From: an uncultured Flavobacteriales bacterium
GTDB taxonomy: Bacteria; Bacteroidota; Bacteroidia; Flavobacteriales_F; PHOS-HE28
Direction of reading: 5' to 3'
Assembly (NCBI GenBank): GCA_963706125.1
Contig: CAVPLQ010000002.1
Span: 208,254-272,253 of the forward strand
DNA length: 64,000 bases
Of the stretch, positions 20,234 through 28,136 are shown piece by piece. The stretch's first letter is position 1, and each line of letters begins with the position of its first letter. Made by a program: the position numbers and the translations under genes. Under the pieces are notes generated by a model. It did no database searches, was not told the origin of the DNA, and was given only the letters and a program-made list of their open reading frames with translations.

Positions 20234-23200
20234 TACGTGGTCGTTGTTTTATGCATGCTGATGATCACCTTGGTGCCGCAGGGCTTTTGGGCCGCGTCGT
20301 ACAGGTCGATGATCCTTACTTCCGTGTTCAAGTTGAACATGCTGCGCGCCAGTTGCATCCGGTCGCTCGTTATGCGCATGCCCATGCTTCGCTTGTGTGT
20401 TGCCGACTTGCTCTTCAACTCCGCCGATCTCTTGCGGCCCACCCCGTTGTCCTCGATCTCGAAAAGCAGGATGCCCGCGTTCCGGGAAACGCGCAGGGAC
20501 AGTTTCCCACCGCCCCCCTTGCGATGCATCAGGCCGTGCCAGATGGCGTTCTCCACATAGGGCTGCAGAAGCAACGGCGGGATCAAGACCTGTTCGATGT
20601 CATCCTCCACTTCCACGCGGGACTCGAAGGTGAAGCGGTCCTTGAAACGCAACGCTTCCATTTCCACGTAGAGCTTCAGTGCTTCCAGTTCGTCCTTCAA
20701 ACTGACCTGCTGCTTCTCCGAATTCTGCAGCACCGATCGCATGAGCCGGGAGAACTTGGTGAGGTATTCCGACGCCACGCGCGGTTCGTTGTGGACGATG
20801 TACCGATTGATGGAGTTCAATGAATTGAACAAAAAATGCGGGTTCATCTGTGCCCGCAACGCGTTCATCTCCACCTCGGCGATGCGCTTGTTCAGGTCGA
20901 TGCGCAGACGCTCCTTACCCCGCATGATGCCCAAACGCCACTGCGCAAAGGCCCCCACCACTGCGACCAACATCAGCACCACCAATAGCCTGAACCACCA
21001 GGTCTGCCAATAGGCCGGGGCGATCAGGATGTTCAGGCCCGACACTTCCGACCACTGACCATGCAGTTCCTGCTCCACCACGAACCGGTACGTGCCAGGT
21101 GGCAGGCCGGTATACACCGCCGTGCCCTCGGCCCCGGTGGGGATGGGCGGCAGGTCCAGGCCTTCCAAGCGGTGCTGCAGCAGTATCCTTCCGCGGAGGC
21201 TGGTGGAGATCGCGCCGTAATCGATGCGGAGGAAATTCTGGTCGTGCGGCAGTTCCAGGGCATGCAGCATGGCGGGCACGGTATCAGTATCCCAAAGTGT
21301 GCCGTTCACCTTAATGTCCTTGAGGAAGACGTGGGCCGGGGCGGTCAGTTCCGGGATGTTCTTCGGGTCTATGAAAAGCACCTCGCCCAGGTCATAGACC
21401 ACGGTGATCAGGCCGCTGGGGTGCTGCCGGATGTCCGCATGATGGAATTTGGCCTGCCGCAATCCCTCATGCCGGTCCAAACGGCGCACGGACAGGTCCT
21501 TGCCGCTGATGCGGTACAGCCCCGACGGGCCGGCGGCCCAAGCATCATCTTCCGCATCGATGAAAACGGAGGTGATCTTGGATGAGATCCCCTCGCGTGC
21601 CGCGAGCTGCACGGTGCCAGCACCCCCGGGGTCTTGCGCCGGGGTAATGATGATACCCTCCCCGTTGGTGGCGATCCACAAGCGGTCCCTGCCATCAATG
21701 GCCAGATCCCAGACTTTCCGCGTAGGCAACCACGTCAAGCTGTCGGCAAGGAAATGGTCGATCCGCATACGATCGGCACTGATGCGGATCAAGCCGGCAT
21801 CCTGTGCGCTCACCCAGATGCGGTGATCGCGGTCTTCCGCGATGCCCATGGGCCAGGTACCGGACAAGCGCCGGCCCTCCGGGCCTTTTCCGTCGATCCG
21901 TTCCATGAAGCCGGTACGCGGGTCCCAATGGTACAGCCCTCGGTGCTGGCTGCCGATCCATATCTCTCCCCGGTGATCTTCCAGAAAGCCCAGCTGATAC
22001 ATCCCGCCGTACCGTTGAAAAACACTTTCGTACGCCCGCTCGGCCTCCAACGTGACCGGATCCACCTTGAACAGGCCCTGGCTGGTGAATGCGATCGTGC
22101 CGTGATCACGGGTGCGCTCAATGCCCCTGATCTCAAGCTTGTGCAACTTCCGGACCTCACCGGTGCGCCGGAGCCTGAGCACTTCCGGCCGATCGAAAAT
22201 GAGCCCCCCCTCGCCCAGTGCGGTACCGATGAAGTACCGGTCGCCCAATTCCACGATCCCGTTGACGATCGGTCTGGGATTCGGATAGCCGGCCGGGTTC
22301 GCAATGGGGAGTGTCCGCAGGGTGTTCTTGGCGGGATCAAGGACCGATAATCCCAGTTCGGTGCCGATCCAGGTAACGCCGTTGCGGTCGGTCATCACCA
22401 GCGTCACCCGACCGGGCGCCAACGAATGGGGATCATCGGGGTCATGCTTGATAATGTCGGTGATGCCCTGCCCGGGCTCCAGGGTCACCACACCCTCTTC
22501 CGATGCTACGAGGTAGCGGGTCGGCGAGGCCGCGCAAATGGTCAGAAAAATGTTCTTGCTACCGTTCGTGGGCGGTTTGCCGTCAATGGTATGCACGCGC
22601 CAAACCGGGTCGCCAGGAGCAGCTTCCCAAAGCCCGCCGCCCCATGAGCAAAGCCAAACGGTCCCATGCTCGTCCTGATGAACATCGTGGAAGATCCAAT
22701 GCTCCTTGTCCCTGTATGGTCGCTCCGGCAGGTCGTGGGGCAAGTACTTGCAGGTGCGCAGGTCCAACAGCTGTATCCGGTCTTCGATCAGCACCCACGC
22801 CTTGTTGCTGTCCGTAGCTGTAGGCTTGATACGCTTGGCACCGCGGATGGTGCGGATACCGTCCTCTCCGATCACCGTCGTCCTTTTGCGGGAAGGTTCG
22901 AACAGGACCACGCCCAAGCTGTTACACCCGACAAAAATGGAGTCGCTGGTGTAACACAGGACCTCCGCCGTGGCTAAGCCGCGGGTAGGGTCTGGCGTGC
23001 CTGTAAGTTCCTCCCAGGTCAGGAATTCATCTTTCCAAGGGTCATACCGGGCCAGCTTCCCGTTCGTGGAAGAGAACCAGATATACCCGTCAGGCGCTTG
23101 CGCCATTTGGTCCACGTCATCATGGGGCAACGAGGTGCTATCCTGCGGATCGTAGTGGTATTGCTTGAACTCGTTGCCATCGAAGCGGTTCAACCCGTCC

Positions 23201-23355
23201 TCGGTGGCGATCCACATAAAACCTTGCCGGTCCTGCATCATGGAAGCGATGCTCTGGTTGCTCAGACCGTCACTGGTGCCATAGTTCGTGAAGAACTGTG
23301 CATGCAGGCACAAGCCCGCCACCAACCCGCATATTGTAAGCACGTTCCTGCACAC
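20233..23355 (-). CDS. LytS/YehU-type sensor histidine kinase with periplasmic beta-propeller and Y_Y_Y domain
   Basis: DRQGFMWIATEDGLNRFDG propeller repeats, YTGLPPGTYRF, TM WQTWWFR, ALRAQMNPHFLFNSLNSI, QPYVENAIWHG, EDNGVG. Confidence 0.92.
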   Translation of the reverse strand: MCRNVLTICGLVAGLCLHAQFFTNYGTSDGLSNQSIASMMQDRQGFMWIATEDGLNRFDGNEFKQYHYDPQDSTSLPHDDVDQMAQAPDGYIWFSSTNGKLARYDPWKDEFLTWEELTGTPDPTRGLATAEVLCYTSDSIFVGCNSLGVVLFEPSRKRTTVIGEDGIRTIRGAKRIKPTATDSNKAWVLIEDRIQLLDLRTCKYLPHDLPERPYRDKEHWIFHDVHQDEHGTVWLCSWGGGLWEAAPGDPVWRVHTIDGKPPTNGSKNIFLTICAASPTRYLVASEEGVVTLEPGQGITDIIKHDPDDPHSLAPGRVTLVMTDRNGVTWIGTELGLSVLDPAKNTLRTLPIANPAGYPNPRPIVNGIVELGDRYFIGTALGEGGLIFDRPEVLRLRRTGEVRKLHKLEIRGIERTRDHGTIAFTSQGLFKVDPVTLEAERAYESVFQRYGGMYQLGFLEDHRGEIWIGSQHRGLYHWDPRTGFMERIDGKGPEGRRLSGTWPMGIAEDRDHRIWVSAQDAGLIRISADRMRIDHFLADSLTWLPTRKVWDLAIDGRDRLWIATNGEGIIITPAQDPGGAGTVQLAAREGISSKITSVFIDAEDDAWAAGPSGLYRISGKDLSVRRLDRHEGLRQAKFHHADIRQHPSGLITVVYDLGEVLFIDPKNIPELTAPAHVFLKDIKVNGTLWDTDTVPAMLHALELPHDQNFLRIDYGAISTSLRGRILLQHRLEGLDLPPIPTGAEGTAVYTGLPPGTYRFVVEQELHGQWSEVSGLNILIAPAYWQTWWFRLLVVLMLVAVVGAFAQWRLGIMRGKERLRIDLNKRIAEVEMNALRAQMNPHFLFNSLNSINRYIVHNEPRVASEYLTKFSRLMRSVLQNSEKQQVSLKDELEALKLYVEMEALRFKDRFTFESRVEVEDDIEQVLIPPLLLQPYVENAIWHGLMHRKGGGGKLSLRVSRNAGILLFEIEDNGVGRKRSAELKSKSATHKRSMGMRITSDRMQLARSMFNLNTEVRIIDLYDAAQKPCGTKVIISMHKTTTT

Positions 23356-23615
23356 GCTGCAAGTTGGGGCATCAGCGGCAGAAGTACATCACCGATCGAG
23401 GGATGGCACGTGCTTATTGAGGCATTGGCAAGGCGGGCACCGGAAATTGTCCGGACGCAGGCCGTATTGACATTGTATTTGGTCCCTGGCAGCGTCGCGC
23501 TCCGCTCGAGATCGATCTTCCCGCCCGGTCGGTCCAACAAAAAACTGCTTTCCCGGGCGTTCGTGGTCATGCCCCCAACTTGCCGAGCTGGAAGCTCGAC
23601 GGACATTGCACAGCG

Positions 23616-23764
23616 AAAAACCCCGCTCTCGCGGGGCTTCCTTTGTTGGCCGACCAGGGCTTCCCGCATATATGCTTCGCTCCGCGCGGGATAAACTTCT
23701 CACCCCGCCCATCCAACAAAAAACCCCGCTCTCGCGGGGCTTCCTTTGTTGGCCGACCAGGGCT
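23616..23764. repeat. 46-bp direct repeat of tRNA-Gln 3' end plus terminator (23616-23661 and 23719-23764)
   Basis: aaaaaccccgctctcgcggggcttcctttgttggccgaccagggct occurs twice, 103 nt apart. Confidence 0.9.
23719..23740 (-). terminator. Terminator of tRNA-Gln (duplicated at 23616-23637)
   Basis: Minus strand gccccgc-gaga-gcggggt followed by T run. Confidence 0.75.
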
Positions 23765-23821
23765 CGAACCTGGACTCTTCTGAACCAAAATCAGACGTGT
23801 TGCCAGTTACACCATCGGCCA
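23749..23821 (-). tRNA. tRNA-Gln(TTG)
   Basis: Reverse complement folds as cloverleaf: TGGCCGA/TCGGCCA acceptor, TCTGA-TT-TTG-GT-TCAGA anticodon arm, GGTTCGAGCC T-arm; CCA not encoded. Confidence 0.95.
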
Positions 23822-23863
23822 ATACAGCTTCCAGAACCGGCTTGCGCCACCTTGAAAGCGCGG

Positions 23864-23871
23864 CAAATTTA
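23864..23871 (-). promoter_or_regulatory. -7 promoter element for tRNA-Gln
   Basis: TAAATTTG on minus strand about 43 nt upstream of the tRNA. Confidence 0.55.
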
Positions 23872-23956
23872 GAAAGTTCCACAATACAGCGGCAGTAAAA
23901 GTTACCCAGCTTACGACTTTCGGTACATTCGCCGCTTACAGAAGCCCGCCACCCCT

Positions 23957-26900
23957 ATGAACTTCAAGAAGCTGAACGTCATCACCGGATGGATAATCTT
24001 CCTGGTGGCCACCTTCACCTACCTCTCCACCATCGAGCCCACGGCGAGCTTCTGGGACTGCGGGGAATTCATCGCCACGGCCTTTAAACTGGAGGTGGGC
24101 CACCCGCCCGGAGCACCCCTGTTCATGATATTAGCCCGCGTGGCCAGTGCCTTCGTCTCCACCGAGCATGTGCCGGTGGCAGTGAACAGCCTGAGCGCTC
24201 TGGCCAGCGCCTTCACCATCCTCTTCCTCTTCTGGAGCATCACCCACATGGCCCTGCGCTTGGCCACCCGCAAAGGGGATGAGGAGCTCACCTCCGGCAA
24301 GATCATCGCCATCCTCGGCAGCGGCATCGTGGGCGCCTTGGCATACGCTTGGAGCGATTCCTTCTGGTTCAGTGCTGTGGAGGGCGAGGTCTACGGCATG
24401 TCCTCCTTCTTCACCGCAATCGTGTTCTGGGCCATTTTGAAGTGGGAAAGCGAGGCCGACAAGCCGCACAACACCCGCTGGCTGATCCTGATCGCCTACC
24501 TCATGGGCCTCAGCATCGGCGTCCACCTGCTGAACCTGCTCTGTATCCCCGCCATCGCCTTCGTCTACTACTTCAAGAAATACAATGTGACCCGCAAAGG
24601 GGTGATCTACACCTTCATCATTTCCGCCGTGATCCTCGGCGCGATCCAGGCGGTGATCATCCCGGGCATCATAAAGCTGGCCGGTAAGTTCGAGCTGCTC
24701 TTCGTGAACGACTTCGGGCTGCCCTTCAACAGCGGTAATTTCATTTATGCGGCCATCATCATCGGGCTGATCGTTTGGGGCCTCATGTGGACACAGCGCC
24801 GGGGCAAGGCCCTGCTGAACACGGTGATCCTGAGCGTGAGCGTGATCCTGCTGGGGTACAGCACTTTCGCGATGATCGTGGTGCGCAGCAACGCCAACCC
24901 GCCGATCGACGAGAACAACCCGGAGAACGTCTTCAACCTGCTGAGCTACCTGAACCGCGAACAATACGGCGACCGTCCCTTGCTGATGGGCCAGTTCTGG
25001 GGCAGCCAGATGAGCAATGTGCGCGGTGACGGCTCCCCCGTGTACACCGCCACGTACAAGGTGATGAAGGGGTCGCGCACGGAAAAGATCTTCTATGACG
25101 GCTGGATGGCTGACCACTATGTGGCGCAAAATCCCGGCACCACCATCGACAATGAATACGTGATCACCGATGCCCGAAAAGGCACCGAGCCGGAATACGA
25201 CCCCGCGACCACCATGATGTTCCCGCGGATGTACAGTTCTCAGGCCAACCACGTCCAAGCCTACAAGGATTGGAGCAACTTCAAGGGCTACCCCGTCCGC
25301 ACCACCGATCGCGAAGGCAAGCCCACCGTGATCCAGAAACCCACCCAGATGGAGAACATGCGCTTCTTCGTCAATTACCAGGTGAACTGGATGTACTGGC
25401 GGTATTTCCTCTGGAATTTCGCCGGTCGCCAGAACGACATCCAAGGCAGCGGGAACATCACCGAAGGCAACTGGTACACGGGCATCAAGGCTATCGACGC
25501 ACAGCGCTTGGGCAACCAGGACCACTTGCCGCCGAGCATGACGGAGAACAAGGCCATGAACAAGCTTTACCTGCTGCCATTCCTCTTGGGCTTGATCGGG
25601 CTGGTGTACCAGCTCACCCGCGACCTGCGCAACTGGAGCGTGGTGATGCTGCTTTTCCTCTTCACCGGTATGGCCATCGTGGTCTACCTGAACCAGTACC
25701 CGTTCCAGCCCCGCGAACGTGATTATGCCTACGTGGGCTCGTTCTATGCCTTCGCCTTCTGGATCGGCCTTGGCGTGTACGCCCTGTTCGACGCGGCACG
25801 GTCGATCAGCCCGAAGGAATTGCTGTATGGCGTTGGCGGCACATTAGGCATCGGTGTCCTGAAGTACCTCACCGAGCTCGTGGCCGGTGCGGACCATTCG
25901 ATCTCCTACTGCTTCCTCTACATCGGCATAGTGAGCGGTGCGGCCATGGGGGTGATGTACCTGATGCGCACCCTTCGGAACGACCGGGCCAGTGCCGTGG
26001 TTGCCACACTCATCGGTCTGGTGGTGCCCGTGGTGATGGTGCGTGCCGAATGGGACGACCATGACCGCAGCAACCGATACCCGGCCCGCGACCTCGCCGC
26101 CGACTACCTCAATAGCTGTGCTCCCAACGCGATCCTCTTCACCAACGGCGACAACGACACCTTCCCGCTTTGGTACGCCCAAGAGGTGGAAGGCATCCGC
26201 ACCGACGTGCGCGTGGTGAACCTGAGCCTCTTGAACACCGACTGGTACATCGACCAGATGCGCCGTAAGGCTTACGATAGCGAACCGGTGCCCTTCAACA
26301 TCGACCCCGCCAAGTACCGGCAGGGCACGCGGGACGTGGTGGCCTTGATCCCGAACGAGAAGGTGAAGGGCTATCTGGACCTCAAGCGTGCGATGGACTT
26401 CGCTACGGACGACCGCAACCTGCAGCAGATCTTCCAGCAGGGCGTGAAGGACGCCTACATCCCCACGCAGAATTTCCGCATCCCTGCGGACAGCGCCTTC
26501 GTCTTCGGACCCCAAGGCATGCTCACAGCCAAGGACACGGCCTATTTCACCGGTGACGTGCGCTGGAGCATCAAGAAGCAGTACGTGCTGAAGAACCACT
26601 TCATGATGATGGACCTGTTGGCCAACAACGATTGGAAGCGGCCTATCTATTTCGCCGTCACCACCGGCCCGGACAGCTACCTGAACCTGCAGAGCTACTT
26701 CCGTTTGGAAGGACTCACCTACCGGTTGGTGCCTGTAGCCGAAAAGTCCGCGAACCCCAACACCTACGGCGGCGTGGCCACCGACATCATGCTGGACAAC
26801 GTGATGAACAAGTTCAAATGGGGCGGCATGGACCATGAGCCGGGCGTGTATCTGGACGAGAACGTGCTTCGGATGACCACCAACCTGCGCCTGCAGATCG

Positions 26901-27331
26901 CCACGCTCGCCACCGAGCTGGCCACCGAAGGACGCAACGAGGAGGCTAAGCAAGTGCTGGACCTCGCCCAAGCGAAGATGCCCGAGCATAACGTGCCCTA
27001 CGACCGCATCATGCTCCCGATCATCGAGGCCTACTACCAAGCGGGCGATTCGGCCTCGGCGAACCGCCTCAACCAACGGCTCTTCACCATCATGGACGAG
27101 AACATGAACTGGTACCTGAGCCTTTCCCCGGAATTCGCCAACAAGGTGACCGATGACATGGGCATGGCCAAACTGGTGATGGAACGCTTGGCCCGCACCG
27201 CACAGATCAACGGGCAAAAGCCGCTGTCAGACAAGCTCAATGCACGCTCGGCGGAAGTGGACACTCTCTACCAAATGAAACTGGAGGACATTGCCACGCA
27301 AGGGATGCGCACCACCAACGCCCGGTTCTAA
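23957..27331 (+). CDS. DUF2723 / TMEM260-like multi-pass GT-C glycosyltransferase (putative protein O-mannosyltransferase)
   Basis: SFWDCGEFI, VGHPPGAP, SAVEGEVY, YLNREQYG, QPRERDYAY, FTNGDNDTFPLWY motifs; many TM helices. Confidence 0.88.
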   Translation: MNFKKLNVITGWIIFLVATFTYLSTIEPTASFWDCGEFIATAFKLEVGHPPGAPLFMILARVASAFVSTEHVPVAVNSLSALASAFTILFLFWSITHMALRLATRKGDEELTSGKIIAILGSGIVGALAYAWSDSFWFSAVEGEVYGMSSFFTAIVFWAILKWESEADKPHNTRWLILIAYLMGLSIGVHLLNLLCIPAIAFVYYFKKYNVTRKGVIYTFIISAVILGAIQAVIIPGIIKLAGKFELLFVNDFGLPFNSGNFIYAAIIIGLIVWGLMWTQRRGKALLNTVILSVSVILLGYSTFAMIVVRSNANPPIDENNPENVFNLLSYLNREQYGDRPLLMGQFWGSQMSNVRGDGSPVYTATYKVMKGSRTEKIFYDGWMADHYVAQNPGTTIDNEYVITDARKGTEPEYDPATTMMFPRMYSSQANHVQAYKDWSNFKGYPVRTTDREGKPTVIQKPTQMENMRFFVNYQVNWMYWRYFLWNFAGRQNDIQGSGNITEGNWYTGIKAIDAQRLGNQDHLPPSMTENKAMNKLYLLPFLLGLIGLVYQLTRDLRNWSVVMLLFLFTGMAIVVYLNQYPFQPRERDYAYVGSFYAFAFWIGLGVYALFDAARSISPKELLYGVGGTLGIGVLKYLTELVAGADHSISYCFLYIGIVSGAAMGVMYLMRTLRNDRASAVVATLIGLVVPVVMVRAEWDDHDRSNRYPARDLAADYLNSCAPNAILFTNGDNDTFPLWYAQEVEGIRTDVRVVNLSLLNTDWYIDQMRRKAYDSEPVPFNIDPAKYRQGTRDVVALIPNEKVKGYLDLKRAMDFATDDRNLQQIFQQGVKDAYIPTQNFRIPADSAFVFGPQGMLTAKDTAYFTGDVRWSIKKQYVLKNHFMMMDLLANNDWKRPIYFAVTTGPDSYLNLQSYFRLEGLTYRLVPVAEKSANPNTYGGVATDIMLDNVMNKFKWGGMDHEPGVYLDENVLRMTTNLRLQIATLATELATEGRNEEAKQVLDLAQAKMPEHNVPYDRIMLPIIEAYYQAGDSASANRLNQRLFTIMDENMNWYLSLSPEFANKVTDDMGMAKLVMERLARTAQINGQKPLSDKLNARSAEVDTLYQMKLEDIATQGMRTTNARF

Positions 27332-27492
27332 GAGCCTGTTCAGGATCTCTTGGGCGATGGACCACGCGTCTATTTTTCGGTCAGGCGAAGCCGGAAAAAC
27401 ATCGCGTAGCGTTGTCTACAGGATTATTTTCTGGCGAAGCATGGGCGGAAAAGAGGCCGGGGGCCGCGTTCGGAGAGGTCCTGAACAGGCTC
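27332..27492. mobile_element. 161-bp MITE with 19-bp terminal inverted repeats and TAA target duplication (IS5/IS1031-like ends)
   Basis: Left gagcctgttcaggatctct, right agaggtcctgaacaggctc (18/19 complementary); TAA at 27329-27331 and 27493-27495; no transposase. Confidence 0.85.
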
Positions 27493-27494
27493 TA

Positions 27495-28136
27495 ATGCCG
27501 CGCGGTCTGGTCCTGGGCATGCTGGCCATGCTGGACCGCCGCATTCGTTGGCGGATGCCAGCCACGGCGAAGGAGGTGTACCTCACCTTCGATGACGGGC
27601 CCGAACCCGAGGTGACGCCTTGGGTATTGGACACCTTAGCGGAGCATGGCGCTAAGGCGACTTTCTTCTGCTTGGGCAGGAATGTGCCGCGCCATCCGGA
27701 ACTGTTCAACCGTCTGCAAAGTGAAGGTCATGCTATGGGGCACCACACCTGGGACCATCCGGACGGCTGGCGGACGCCGGTGCGGGCCTATTACCGCAAT
27801 GTGCTCCGCGGTGCGGAGCAGGTCGGTGGCATCTTGTTCCGTCCGCCCTATGGTCGGATCGGCATTGGCAGGGCGCGCTCACTGGGCAAACGCTACCAAG
27901 TGGTGATGTGGGACGTGCTGGCCGGGGACTTCAGGAAGGGCATGAGCGGTGAGGCCTGCACCCGGCATGTCCTACGCCGGATAAAGCCAGGCAGTATCGT
28001 GGTGCTGCACGACAACCTCAAAAGCCAAGCCTGCTTGAGGGAAGCGCTACCCTTGATACTAGCGGGCCTGAAAGAGAAAGGCTACCGTTGCAAGACTCTG
28101 GACGAGAGGGCGGTCACGAGCCGACGACACCGGTGA
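27495..28136 (+). CDS. Polysaccharide deacetylase (CE4/NodB family)
   Basis: YLTFDDGP, KATFFCLG, GHHTWDH, FRPPYG, GSIVVLHD; ATG 27495 lies right after the MITE. Confidence 0.88.
   Translation: MPRGLVLGMLAMLDRRIRWRMPATAKEVYLTFDDGPEPEVTPWVLDTLAEHGAKATFFCLGRNVPRHPELFNRLQSEGHAMGHHTWDHPDGWRTPVRAYYRNVLRGAEQVGGILFRPPYGRIGIGRARSLGKRYQVVMWDVLAGDFRKGMSGEACTRHVLRRIKPGSIVVLHDNLKSQACLREALPLILAGLKEKGYRCKTLDERAVTSRRHR

Noticed and set aside
8400-23764. Genomic island bounded by tRNA-Gln att sites
   Set aside because: The only clear tRNA 3' duplicate is 103 nt away; no distal att copy or integrase seen
27291-27494. 68-aa N-terminal extension of the deacetylase
   Set aside because: It is read-through of the upstream gene end and the MITE; the family-like sequence starts at about 27495
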